Shown: positions 35,170 through 44,657, counted from the first letter of the stretch. The stretch is 55,695 nt of DNA from Candidatus Taylorbacteria bacterium RIFCSPHIGHO2_02_FULL_43_32b (GCA_001820955.1 MHRK01000047.1:1-55695), one strand, 5' to 3'. Notes: generated from the letters alone by a model not told the origin. Made by a program: numbers and translations.

Positions 35170-35172
35170 TTT

Positions 35173-35275
35173 GACCAATATACGAATAATGCGAATCTTG
35201 ACGAATGACTACTAATTCTCAGGTTCGGAGTTATTCGTATACATTAGTTAAGATTAGCATCATTAGTATATTTGT
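35173..35275. repeat. Family F4 palindromic element between rplJ and rplL
   Basis: ccaatatacgaataatgcgaatcttgacgaatgac...attcgtatacattagttaagattagcatcattagtatatttg. Confidence 0.6.
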
Positions 35276-35284
35276 AATCATTTT

Positions 35285-35683
35285 ATGGAAGAAACAAAAA
35301 AGGATGTTCAGATTCCGGACAAGTTCAAGTCTATTGTTGAAACGATTGAAAAGATGTCCGTGCTTGATCTAAACGAGTTGGTAAAAGTGTTTGAAGCCAA
35401 GTTTGGCGTGTCTGCTGCGGCGGTTGCCGTGGCCGCCCCGGGTGCCGGAGCCGCTCCTCAAGGCGAAGAGAAGACCACTTTCAATGTTGAATTGAAAGAC
35501 GGAGGCGCTCAGAAAATCGCCGTAATCAAGATTGTAAAGGAAGTTTTGGGTCTTGGTTTGAAAGAGGCCAAGGATGTTGTCGACGGTGCTCCGAAGATGC
35601 TTAAAGAAGGAATGAAGAAATCAGAAGCGGAGGATCTTAAGAAGAGAATTGAGGAAGCCGGAGGGAAAGTTGAGTTAAAGTAA
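35285..35683 (+). CDS. rplL: 50S ribosomal protein L7/L12
   Basis: ...[23 protein letters not shown]...[55 protein letters not shown]. Confidence 0.95.
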   Translation: MEETKKDVQIPDKFKSIVETIEKMSVLDLNELVKVFEAKFGVSAAAVAVAAPGAGAAPQGEEKTTFNVELKDGGAQKIAVIKIVKEVLGLGLKEAKDVVDGAPKMLKEGMKKSEAEDLKKRIEEAGGKVELK

Positions 35684-35930
35684 ACTTTAACTCAACTTTA
35701 CCGGAGGTCCTGACGAATTTTAATAAATTCGGAAGGGCAGGGAGGTTTCCGGAGGTGCCTGATTTTTCGCATCACGAAAAATTAGGCCAAGGAGGTAAAG
35801 TTGAATTGAAATAAAAACTTTACTACAAAAAACCGCTCGTACAGCAAATGCTTCGGGTGGTTTTTTGTTGTCTGGACGTTTTTTAAGAATTGCTACATCC
35901 TGGTGGAAGTAAAGAAATAACATTGAGAAT

Positions 35931-36128
35931 ATGATTAGACGAGATGAACCTCCGGGTGGTCATTTACCCACTGAAGTGGTGGAAGTCGACGATCGCAGGC
36001 GACCCACGAGACAGGGAGTATCCTATGGTTGTTTCGAATCCGAAAGACATACCACATGGATCCCCAAAAATAAAATTTACGCCGTAGTTAAGTGGCTCCG
36101 CGATAAGTTCTTGTCGCCGTATTTATAA
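35931..36128 (+). CDS. Hypothetical small protein (65 aa)
   Basis: ORF track only, with no motif. Weak call. Confidence 0.25.
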   Translation: MIRRDEPPGGHLPTEVVEVDDRRRPTRQGVSYGCFESERHTTWIPKNKIYAVVKWLRDKFLSPYL

Positions 36129-36462
36129 AAAGCCTTCCCTTTTTTGGGGCGGGCGCTTTGTTTTTTGGGATTTGAAGACTGTGTCGCCAAAGAAGCTCAA
36201 TCCTAATTCCTAATGGGCACCATTAGGAATTTCAATAAGTTCGTAAATAGTTTAGTGCTCGTGATTTTCTGACGGATAATAATTGGAGCGCTTGTGTGCA
36301 TTTGTTTAGCAGTATATAACAATGAAAAAACCGACCCGGGTCAACTCTCGCATTTTTGATGAGGTAAGCATAGAATACACAAACGTTTTCAGGTCTGGTC
36401 TGTTTTCTGATTCGTTAAGTTGATTTGTTTAAATTCGTATTTATTCGTTGATTTGCACTTGC

Positions 36463-37077
36463 ATGGATATATTGGAAAAATTGTTCGGCAGCGGGGATAG
36501 GGTCAGGATAATGAGGGTTTTTCTTTTTAGCCCCGACGTGGTTTTTACCGTGGAGGAGATAGCAAAAAGAAGTAATCTTTTTCGTCGGGTAGTGGACAAA
36601 GAATTATTTTTGTTACAGAAGGCGACATTTATAAGGCGCAAGCCCTTTCCCCGCGTATCTAAAAATGGCAATGGTTCGCGGAAAAAGGGAAACGGTTGGG
36701 CGTTGAGCAAAAATTTTCAGTATCTTAAGCCAATGGAGAGCTTGCTCATTCAGCAGGTACTAATTACCGAATCCGATTTAATTAAGAGGCTCGAGAAAGT
36801 GGGGAAGCTCAAGTTACTACTTATTTCGGGATTATTTGTTCAGGATAGTGAGGGCAGGGTTGATCTTCTTATTGTTTGCGAACATATGAAAAGGAAGACT
36901 CTTGAACAGGTGATAAAGTCTATGGAGGCTGAAATAGGCAAGGAACTTCGTTACGCGGCGTTTGAGGCGCCGGAATTTGAATACCGAGTAAAAATGTACG
37001 ATAAGCTGATCAGAGACATATTCGATTTCCCTCATAAAACCATATTAAACAAACTCGGTTTGGTGGAGGATAGATAA
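36463..37077 (+). CDS. Hypothetical protein with an N-terminal winged-helix (ArsR-like) segment
   Basis: MDILEKLFGSGDRVRIMRVFLFSPDVVFTVEEIAKRSNL... The start is taken at ATG 36463; the ORF track begins at TTG 36448. Confidence 0.6.
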   Translation: MDILEKLFGSGDRVRIMRVFLFSPDVVFTVEEIAKRSNLFRRVVDKELFLLQKATFIRRKPFPRVSKNGNGSRKKGNGWALSKNFQYLKPMESLLIQQVLITESDLIKRLEKVGKLKLLLISGLFVQDSEGRVDLLIVCEHMKRKTLEQVIKSMEAEIGKELRYAAFEAPEFEYRVKMYDKLIRDIFDFPHKTILNKLGLVEDR

Positions 37078-37250
37078 CCAATTTTTTAAGGCTCCTTGTT
37101 TTTTGGGCAATTTCGGTATCAACACTTGTCAGCTTGAAAACTGGTCAATATGTTATAATTTGTGAGGAAATCAAGAGGCTGGGTATTGGAATGAGCTGGT
37201 CTCTCCGTTCCAATTTTCGTTGGCCTTTTTATAAATAAAAAAAGTTTATT

Positions 37251-37946
37251 ATGTTAGAAACATGGAGTGAAGCCTTGCAAACAGCTTTTGAGGATTTATG
37301 GCTCGGTGTTCTCAATTTTGTTCCCCGATTGGTTATGGCCCTGATCATTTTTTTGGTGGGTTGGGCGATAGGGGCGCTTTTGGATAAGGTAGTTGCCCAA
37401 GTTGTCAGCTCTTTGAAGATTGACGCAGCTCTTCGCCGCGCGAAATTGGATGAACTGCTTCAGAAAGCCGGTTACAATCTCAATTCCGGTATGTTTTTGG
37501 GCGGACTCGTAAAATGGTTTGTCATAGTCGCCTTTCTTATCGCTTCCGTTGATGTCCTTGGTCTTCAGGGGGTCAATGATTTTCTTGTCCGGGTTGTTGA
37601 GTATTTACCGAATGTCATAGTTGCCGCCCTTATAATATTAGTTGCCGCGATTATTGCTGAGATTGTACAGAAAGTTGTGGTTGGGGCGGCCCAAGCCGCC
37701 GCAATCGGCAATGCCAGTTTCGCCGGCTTGGTTGCCAAGTGGTCAATCTGGGTTTTTGCCATCATGGCCGCTTTGCTTCAGCTTCAGATTGTCGCTCCGT
37801 TTATTCAGACATTGTTTACCGGAATTGTTGTGGCTATCGCGCTTGGACTCGGACTATCATTCGGTCTTGGTGGTCAGGAAGCTGCCGCAAGAGCTATTGA
37901 AAAGGTGACGACAGAGATTTCAAACAGGAGGCACCATCAGGGGTAA
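37251..37946 (+). CDS. Conserved-TM-helix-repeat membrane protein (mechanosensitive-channel-related family)
   Basis: ...LNFVPRLVMALIIFLVGWAIGALLDKVV...GGLVKWFVIVAFLIASVDVLGL... is a repeated TM-helix unit. Confidence 0.7.
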   Translation: MLETWSEALQTAFEDLWLGVLNFVPRLVMALIIFLVGWAIGALLDKVVAQVVSSLKIDAALRRAKLDELLQKAGYNLNSGMFLGGLVKWFVIVAFLIASVDVLGLQGVNDFLVRVVEYLPNVIVAALIILVAAIIAEIVQKVVVGAAQAAAIGNASFAGLVAKWSIWVFAIMAALLQLQIVAPFIQTLFTGIVVAIALGLGLSFGLGGQEAAARAIEKVTTEISNRRHHQG

Positions 37947-38260
37947 GAATTATGAATTAGGAATAATGAATTAAGGTAAAGACCAGATTCAAGATTCAGA
38001 ATAAAAGAAAAAGCCGCCGTGTCCGAAAGGTCACGGCGGTTTTCGTTGAACGGGGCGTGCACTTTTCGGTTTCGTCTATCGAGGCGCCCCTTGAAGAACA
38101 TTATACCTGTGGCCGTTGATAGACCACTTAAAATAATTCCGAAAAGTAGACCAAATATAATTGATCGGGAAGTGACGGGTTCCCAGAAATCCCTGGTTAA
38201 GTGGGCGACAGGCAGCCAAATGATAAAACCGATCAGGAAGCAGATAGTTCCAAAGAGCAT
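37937..38260 (-). CDS. Possible 2-TM small membrane protein whose C-terminal tail is encoded by repeat sequence
   Basis: MLFGTICFLIGFIIWL...IIFGLLFGIILSGLSTATGIMFF... The 3' third runs through a terminator hairpin (38011-38044) and the F2 repeat. Weak call. Confidence 0.3.
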   Translation of the reverse strand: MLFGTICFLIGFIIWLPVAHLTRDFWEPVTSRSIIFGLLFGIILSGLSTATGIMFFKGRLDRRNRKVHAPFNENRRDLSDTAAFSFILNLESGLYLNSLFLIHNSYP

Positions 38261-38385
38261 AATTTATAGGGTTGAGACGCAAACTTCTTTTAGGGTGGCA
38301 GGTTATTAAATTAGTGTCAAGAAAAATAAAACGGTTATTTGTCAACGATTTTGGCATAATTCCTTATTCCTAATTCATAATTCAC
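37946..38385. mobile_element. Family F2 inverted repeats bracketing a 107-codon minus-strand ORF
   Basis: gaattatgaattaggaataatgaattaagg (37946-37975) matches the inverse of ccttattcctaattcataattc (38360-38381). Confidence 0.4.
38011..38044 (+). terminator. Intrinsic terminator after 37251..37946
   Basis: Stem gccgccgtg-tccgaaaggt-cacggcggt followed by tttt. Confidence 0.6.
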
Positions 38386-38549
38386 CTTTTTTTCTTGCCA
38401 ACAAAGTGAGGCTTTGCTAGCCAAAAAGCCTTGCGCAGGCCGACGGGCCGAGCAGAGAAATTTGCCAGCAGGCAAATATTCGTGTTTTTGGGGAGCAAAG
38501 TCGAACGATATCCACACCCTATCCACGTCCATTTTCGGCCAAAAGATTT

Positions 38550-38680
38550 CCCCGTAGTGAAATTTGGCCTCGTGACTTTGGCGTTTAGTCTAAAATATCG
38601 TTGGTAAATAAGCATTCTACCGGTCTATTGCTATAAAGGGCTTGCTGTGTCACAAAGCAAGGCCAAATTCTACTACGGGG
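38550..38680. repeat. 131-bp imperfect palindrome immediately upstream of the rRNA promoter -35 box
   Basis: Arms are ccccgtagtgaaatttggcc ... ggccaaattctactacgggg, with an inner hairpin cttgct..agcaag. Confidence 0.55.
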
Positions 38681-38681
38681 T

Positions 38682-38709
38682 TTGACAGTTTTTGGCCTAT
38701 CTGTATAAT
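38682..38709 (+). promoter_or_regulatory. Consensus sigma70-type promoter, probable rRNA promoter
   Basis: TTGACA (38682-38687), 16-nt spacer, TATAAT (38704-38709), about 590 nt upstream of the 23S 5' end. Confidence 0.5.
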
Positions 38710-38881
38710 GGCTCCTATTCAGAATATGTTAATAAAAATCCAAACTTTAAAGCGGCAGAGATGATAGCGCCATTTAGGTGTTGACACTCTGGAGCCCGCT
38801 AAAAAGCGGGATTTTTAGTCCCGAAAGGGTACTCAGCAGGGCTTGTTGATTGACAAAGAATGACGTTTTGCTAAGCAAAAC

Positions 38882-38988
38882 GCAGAGTTATGAATCAAAG
38901 AATAATGAATCACGGCCGAAAATTGCGAAGCAATTTTCGGAAAACCATAATTCATAATTCATCCTTCATTATTCTGCGCCTAGTGTAG
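38882..38988. repeat. Family F2 palindromic element in the 23S leader
   Basis: gcagagttatgaatcaaagaataatgaatcacggccgaaaattgcgaagcaattttcggaaaaccataattcataattcatccttcattattctgc. Confidence 0.65.
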
Positions 38989-39145
38989 CCAGGCGCATTT
39001 ATCCTGTCGCGACGATCAAGATATCAGGTCTTTTCAATGTCGCAGACAGTTGGTTCTTCGCCTTAGTTGGCGGAGACCATAAACCATTCTGCCTAAGAAA
39101 CAGAATGGGTTAATCAGGTAAAGAAGAAGACGTTGTTGGAGCAAG

Positions 39146-39227
39146 AGGCTCTAGGCTTTAGGCTCTAGGCTTTAGGATGGAAGAGAATTCTTTCCTAGTG
39201 CCTAGTGCCTATCTACCTAGTGCCTAA
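39146..39227. repeat. Family F5 palindromic element flanking the 23S 5' side
   Basis: aggctctaggctttaggctctaggctttagg...cctagtgcctagtgcctatctacctagtgcctaa. A counterpart lies at 46131-46213. Confidence 0.65.
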
Positions 39228-39238
39228 TTTGATTTCAT

Positions 39239-39251
39239 ACAACGGGACAAA
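39239..39251 (+). promoter_or_regulatory. 5' half of the 23S processing stem
   Basis: acaacgggacaaa is the perfect complement of tttgtcccgttgt at 46214-46226 (RNase III-type processing stem, inferred). Confidence 0.6.
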
Positions 39252-39452
39252 ACGTTCGAACTGCGAGTGGTCGCGGTGCGAACGGTGGTTAAAATATTTC
39301 CTAACAGGAAATAAGAGCATATGGTGGATGCCTTGGCTCGAGAGAGGCGATGAAGGACGTAGCGTGGCTGCGATAAGCTTCGGGGAGGTGCCTAGCAACC
39401 TTTGATCCGGAGATGTCCGAATGGGGAAACCCTGCGGCGTAAAACGCCGTAA

Positions 39453-39644
39453 CCGAAGCATCACATGGAATGTGATGAAAAATGCAAAATGTAAATATCA
39501 AAATTAAAAATGACAGTTAAAAATGTAAAAATGAAAGAAATTGGAAAATGTTTTTGTTTTCAATTTTAAAAATTTGCATTGTCATTTTACACTTTGATTT
39601 TTTAATTTTAAATTTAAAGCATCGCGTTTCGCGCGATGCTTCGG
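39453..39644 (+). other. 23S intervening sequence 1 (helix 9 region), containing a family F1 palindrome
   Basis: Closing stem ccgaagcatc...gatgcttcgg. Modules are catcacatggaatgtgatg, an F1 palindrome, then gcatcgcgtttcgcgcgatgc. Confidence 0.7.
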
Positions 39645-39745
39645 AGCGTACCCTGGGAAGTAAAACATTTCAGTACCAGGAGGAGTAGAAACTAATCAGC
39701 ATTCCGTAAGTAGCGGCGAGCGAAAGCGGAGAAGCCCAAACCCGG

Positions 39746-39906
39746 CCGCATCTCATTGCATTCGATGCGGAATTCTTAATTTTTAAATTTTGTAATTTTT
39801 TAAATAATTTTCTAATTTCTGAATGTTTACACATTTGGTCATTGGGATTTGTTTAGAAATTAAAAATTAGAAATTAGAAATTCCACTCGAGCGTAGCGAG
39901 ATGTGG
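39746..39906 (+). other. 23S intervening sequence 2 (domain I), containing a family F3 element
   Basis: Closing stem ccgcatctc...gagatgtgg. The interior, ~120 nt (aatttttaaat...ttagaaattaaaaattagaaattagaaattcc), is closely similar to 44332-44442. Confidence 0.65.
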
Positions 39907-40221
39907 CAGGGGGTTGTAAGGTAACGGCGTCGGTTTTATATCGAGAAGAGTTACAAAATTGTTTGTTAATTGAATCTGCTGGAAAGCGGAGCCCAAGAAG
40001 GTGATAGCCCTGTAAGTGAAAATAAACAATCTCTTTTGCCGTTATTCTTGAGTACTTCGAGACACGAATAGCTCGGAGGAATCTGCCGGAACTAACCGGT
40101 AAGGCTAAATACTCATCGAGACCGATAGTGAACTAGTACCGCGAGGGAAAGGTGAAAAGCAGTCCGTTGAGGACGATGAAATAGACCTGAAACCATATTG
40201 CTTACAAAGAGTTGTAGCGGG

Positions 40222-40368
40222 CGCATCACATGGGATGTGATGCGGATATGAATTATGAATAAGGAATTATGAATTATGCCGGGAAAATTGCGTAGCAATT
40301 TTCCCCAACCATTATTCATAATTCATACTTCTTAATTCATGCTTGAGCATCGCGTTTCGCGTGATGCG
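40222..40368 (+). other. 23S intervening sequence 3 (helix 25 region), containing a family F2 palindrome
   Basis: gcatcacatgggatgtgatgc, then an F2 palindrome (gaattatgaataaggaattatgaattatg...), then gcatcgcgtttcgcgtgatgc. Confidence 0.7.
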
Positions 40369-40994
40369 TCCGTGGCAGCGTGCCTATTGAAGAATGAGCC
40401 AACGAGTTGATGCATTCGGCGAGGCGAACTCCCGTTAAAGGAGGAAGCCGTAGGGAAACCGAGTGTTAATAGCGCGAATAGTCTAATGCATCAGACCCGA
40501 AGCCAAGTGAGCTTGCCTTGAGCAGGATGAACCCTCGAGAAATCGAGGGGAAGGTCCGAACGCTAGAGCTGTGCAATACTCTGCGATGACTTGAGGTAAG
40601 AAGTGATAAGCTAATCGAACTTGGTAATAGCTGGTTCTCTCCGAAATAGCTTTTGGGCTAGCGTCGAGTGATCCTTTAAGGGGTAGAGCACTGGATGGTC
40701 TGGACAGGTCGAAAGACCGCTAGACCAATCAAACTCCGAATACTTAGAGTTATAACTCGGCAGTTACACCGTGGGGGCGAAGCTTCACTGGTGAAAAGGG
40801 AAACAGCCCGGATCTCCAAATAAGGTCCCTAAATTTATGCTAAGTGCATCACAAGGTGGTGAAATTTCTCAAACAATGAGGATGTCGGCTTAGAAGCAGC
40901 CATCATTCAAAGAAAGCGTAACAGCTCACTCATCGAGAGATTTTGCGCCGAAGATAATCGGGGCTAAGCATAGTACCGAATTTGAGGGCACAGG

Positions 40995-41131
40995 AAGCAT
41001 CACATTGCATGTGATGCGAATTATGCAGTATGAATTATGAATTAAGGTTTTCGGAAAATCGCTTTGCGATTTTCCTCCATAATACATAATTCATTATTCA
41101 TAATTCGGCATCGTGCGTAGCGCGATGCTTC
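40995..41131 (+). other. 23S intervening sequence 4 (helix 45 region), containing a family F2 palindrome
   Basis: Closing stem gaagcatc...gatgcttc. Modules are catcacattgcatgtgatg, an F2 palindrome, then gcatcgtgcgtagcgcgatgc. Confidence 0.7.
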
Positions 41132-41673
41132 TCGTGCGGTAGGAGAGTTTTCGCATCTGCTGTGAAGGTGAAGGGGTGACCCACACTGGAGCGTTGCGAA
41201 GTAAGAATGTTGGCACAAGTAACCACATTAGGGGTGAGAAACCCCTACGCCGAAATACCAAGGTTTCCTTGGCAATGATTGTCAGCCAAGGGTTAGTCGG
41301 TCCTAAGGGAATGGCGAAAGCCGCACCCGATGGATATACGGTTAATATTCCGTAACTTTCGTGCGAAACGATGAGATGACGAAGTGTAGTATGCTCTGCG
41401 CATTATTGGATTTGACGTTTGACGCGTCAGGACGGCTTTTAGGTAAGTCCGGGAGCCTGCCTTTAATGGCGATTCCAAACGCGGCAAGAATCCCAAGGGC
41501 AACCGAGGGAAATAGGGCAAAGCACGCTTCCGAGAAAAGTCTCTAAGTTTATTCGCATGAAATCCGTACCGCAAACCGACACAGGTGGTAACGTCGAGAA
41601 GACGAAGGCGAACGAGTGAAGGTTCTCCAAGGAACTCGGCAAAAAATCAGCCGTAACTTCGGAATAAGGCTTT

Positions 41674-41985
41674 CCAGCACCACTTTTTGGTTTTAAAATA
41701 TAGTTGTGTATTACGTCTATTTACAAAAACACACTGTAACCAAAGAGATTTATATTGGTAAAACAAATAATCTCAAGCGACGTTTGAGCGAACATAATAA
41801 CGGTGAACAAAAATCTACACATCGGAAAGATGGCGAATGGAAATTTGTTTATCTGGAGGTATATCGCTCAAAAAAAGATGCAGATGATCGTGAGATGAAG
41901 CTTAAGCATCACGGTCGTGCGAAACAAGAGCTATATAAAAGAATCAGCTCGTCGCTTGAAGATTAAAACCAAAAAGTGGTGCTGG
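41674..41985 (+). other. Stem-bounded 23S insertion (helix 63 region) carrying a GIY-YIG ORF
   Basis: A perfect 22-bp closing stem ccagcaccactttttggtttta / taaaaccaaaaagtggtgctgg encloses ORF 41706..41966. Confidence 0.7.
41706..41966 (+). CDS. GIY-YIG domain nuclease (small YhbQ/UPF0213-like)
   Basis: GTG start. YYVYLQKHTVTKEIYIGKTNNLKRRLSEHNNG...WKFVYLEVYRSKKDADDREMKLK. Confidence 0.75.
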   Translation: MYYVYLQKHTVTKEIYIGKTNNLKRRLSEHNNGEQKSTHRKDGEWKFVYLEVYRSKKDADDREMKLKHHGRAKQELYKRISSSLED

Positions 41986-42103
41986 ATGCAACGAAAGACT
42001 GCTTGGCAACTGTTTATCAAAAACACAGCTCCCTGCGAACTCGTAAGAGGATGTATAGGGGGTGACACTTGACCAATGCCAGAAGGTCAAACGACGGCGT
42101 TGC

Positions 42104-42250
42104 GTGCATCACATGGAATGTGATGCGGGATGAATTATGAATAAAGAATTATGAATTATGGAGGAAAATCGCAAAGCGATTTTCCGAAAACCCTAATTAC
42201 TAATTCATACTACATAATTTAATTCTCACATCGCGCTTCGCGTGATGCAC
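42104..42250 (+). other. 23S intervening sequence 5 (domain IV), containing a family F2 palindrome
   Basis: Closing stem gtgcatc...gatgcac. Modules are catcacatggaatgtgatg, an F2 palindrome, then catcgcgcttcgcgtgatg. Confidence 0.65.
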
Positions 42251-42319
42251 GTGGTGACTGTCGTAAGCCCTGGTGAATGTCGGCCTTAACTATAAGGGTC
42301 CTAAGGTAGCGCAATTCCT

Positions 42320-43381
42320 AAAAGACTGGGACCATCCAAAAGGGATGGAAAACTTGGCTGTATGCGGGAAACTCCGGTAGTATCTCGAGACTACTTTGTC
42401 GGGTATAATATGCCGATGAGTAAAAATGTTTCGAGTGGCTCCGATTTATGTCGGAGGCCGGACAATCCGCAGGAAACGTATGAAGTTAGTAATTTCTATT
42501 ATTCAGGATTCTTTGCAGCAGAAATGTCCTGTTCGATCATTAAAGCAACAAATCATCATCCAAAAGGCTATTACTATGCCGTTGATATAACGGTGTCGAA
42601 TGCGGATGTAAAGTTGCTGAAGAAGGTGAATCGGGCAGTCATGAAAGGCTCCGGGATTATAAGCCCCGTAAAAGGAGCTTTCAATCTTTCGGCGCGCGGA
42701 AAAGAAAAGGTTCGTATTGTCCTGGATTTTCTTCAGAAGTATCCGATTATTGTTGGCGATCTTGCTAAAAATCGGATAGCGATCTTAAGGAAGGCGCTTG
42801 CGTATCTTGATAATCATCAAGGGCACGTAACGCATGAAGAAAAAACAAAAATCATGGATACAATGCGGCGTAATCTCCGAATGCTAAAAGAAAAAGGAGT
42901 AATTGAAAAATCATTTGACGTCGAACCGGTGAATACTGATGCTGTTGGCTATTTCCTTTCAGGAGTAGCGGATGGTGAGGGTTCATTTGGGTCTAAAATG
43001 TCCGGTGATCGTAAGGAACCGTATTTTTTTGTCGCGATGAAAGATCAGAAAATTATTGATCTGTTCCGAAAATTTATAAATTACGGAAATGTTCGGGGGC
43101 GAAAAGATAAAGTGTTCCATTGCGAAATAAATAAACGGGATAAGCTAAAAGAAATTTGTACCTTATTTCTTTTGCGATATCCTTTGCATAACGCGCGACA
43201 AAAGGCGCGGTTGCGAGAACTTCAGCGGATCCTCAACGACTATACGCCAAGCCCCGCAATGGCGGGGATGATATAGTCTGAACTGCATGGCGACATGCAG
43301 AGTTCGGCTCGCGTCGAACCGCTTCGATTAATTTTAATCGGAGTCAAAATCTTGCACCCGCAAGGTTTCAGTAACAGAGTG
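42320..43381 (+). mobile_element. Group I intron with a LAGLIDADG ORF, inserted in ..GCGAAAUUCCU|UGUCGGGUAAG.. (about E. coli 1943)
   Basis: The 5' exon ends in U (42319) and the intron ends in G (43381). An S-element-like gatatagtc lies at 43269-43277, and the exon sequence is restored on removal. Confidence 0.8.
42362..43276 (+). CDS. Double-motif LAGLIDADG homing endonuclease
   Basis: Motifs YYSGFFAAEMSCSI and VGYFLSGVADGEGSFG. The start is uncertain (the internal ATG 42410 is possible). Confidence 0.85.
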   Translation: MRETPVVSRDYFVGYNMPMSKNVSSGSDLCRRPDNPQETYEVSNFYYSGFFAAEMSCSIIKATNHHPKGYYYAVDITVSNADVKLLKKVNRAVMKGSGIISPVKGAFNLSARGKEKVRIVLDFLQKYPIIVGDLAKNRIAILRKALAYLDNHQGHVTHEEKTKIMDTMRRNLRMLKEKGVIEKSFDVEPVNTDAVGYFLSGVADGEGSFGSKMSGDRKEPYFFVAMKDQKIIDLFRKFINYGNVRGRKDKVFHCEINKRDKLKEICTLFLLRYPLHNARQKARLRELQRILNDYTPSPAMAGMI

Positions 43382-43698
43382 TGTCGGGTAAGTTCCGACG
43401 CGTTGAATAGTGTCATGTCTGAGCAACTGTCTCGGAGAACAGCTCGGTGAAAATACAGTACCGGTGAAGATGCCGGTTACCTGCAGCTAGACGAAAAGAC
43501 CCTGGAAGCTTTACTACAACTTGGTATTGAGTATATGTTTTTTATGCGTAGCGTAGACGTTAGGCTTTGAAGTGTCCCTTTCGGGGGGCATGGAGCCGCC
43601 AATGAAACAGCGTTCTTAAAAAATATATATTCTAACCTGTGCGGCAAAAACGTACGGGAACAGTATCTGGCGGGTAGTTTTGGTGGGGCGCTATCCTT

Positions 43699-44657
43699 GA
43701 GAACGTGAATTTTTTCGTGTTCTCAAACTATGGCGCCTCCGGCAAGGTTAATCTCTTGCGAAAAAAATAAAGTTAGAGGGCGTCATAAATTCAAAATGCA
43801 AAAATCAAAATGAAAAATGACCCCAGTAGCAGAGCAAATCTCGCTACGGGGCAGGCAATTGCAAAATGAAAAAATGACGGGTAAATCAGCGATATGCTGG
43901 GAAATCTGGTGTATCCGCAGCTACTTGGTGTACAATAGGAATGTTATAAATATCTAAATTTTTAATAACATGTCCGAAGAAATGCCAAGTGAAAATGCTA
44001 GCGGTGCAGAAAACCAGCAGGAATCTACTAACGAGCTTATTGAACGGTTTAGAAACCAACCAATTGAACAATATAAAATCGAGTTAATCAGAAAAGCCGA
44101 TGTAATTGAAAATAGGATTAGACATGTTAAAGACCTAATTCAAGAGTACGACGGAACTCATGGCGATATGAGTAGTATTTTTACGGGTCGATTGGGTGCA
44201 ATAGGAAGAAAACTTGATGAAATGGAGGAAGCCTTGGACTTTAATTTGAAGTCAGTAGCATTCATGAAAAGTCAGGAAAAGTAGTGGATATTCCTCAGAG
44301 ACCACCAGCTGATGCCTGTGAATACAGGAATGATTAATTTTTGAATTTTTCAATTTTTAAATAATGTTTCAATTTCTTAATGTTTAAGACATTGGGTTAT
44401 TGGGGTTTATTTAGAAATTAAAAATTAGAAATTAAGAATTCCGATGTACTCATCGGTTAATGTATGGTCCGAACTCTACCCTTCGATAAGGAGGGCTTGC
44501 CCGACTCAGGGCAAGTAGCGATATAGAGAGACAGGCAGAAATGTCCTGTCTGTAAACAAGATTTGTGCTTTCGTTTGCGCATGTATTCGTAGTCATTCGT
44601 TATGATTCGTATACATTCGTAGATTGGCACTTAATTTTGTTGTACACAACAAAATTG
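43699..44657 (+). mobile_element. 0.96-kb composite insertion in the 23S helix 81 loop region (class unresolved)
   Basis: Flanked by ..ggggcgctatcctt| and |tctaaaaagtaacgaaggag. Contains F1 (43786-43880), F3 (44332-44442) and F4 (44578-44624) repeats and a 104-codon ORF. U at -1 and a terminal G are possible. Confidence 0.6.
43970..44284 (+). CDS. Hypothetical helical/acidic 104-aa protein encoded inside the 23S insertion
   Basis: ORF track only. No nuclease, maturase or RT motif recognised. Confidence 0.35.
   Translation: MSEEMPSENASGAENQQESTNELIERFRNQPIEQYKIELIRKADVIENRIRHVKDLIQEYDGTHGDMSSIFTGRLGAIGRKLDEMEEALDFNLKSVAFMKSQEK

Noticed and set aside
39478-39608. AT-rich reiterated motifs (families F1-F3) considered as CRISPR arrays.
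   Set aside because: There is no regular repeat-spacer periodicity. The units are degenerate words arranged as palindromes, and no cas genes are present in the window.
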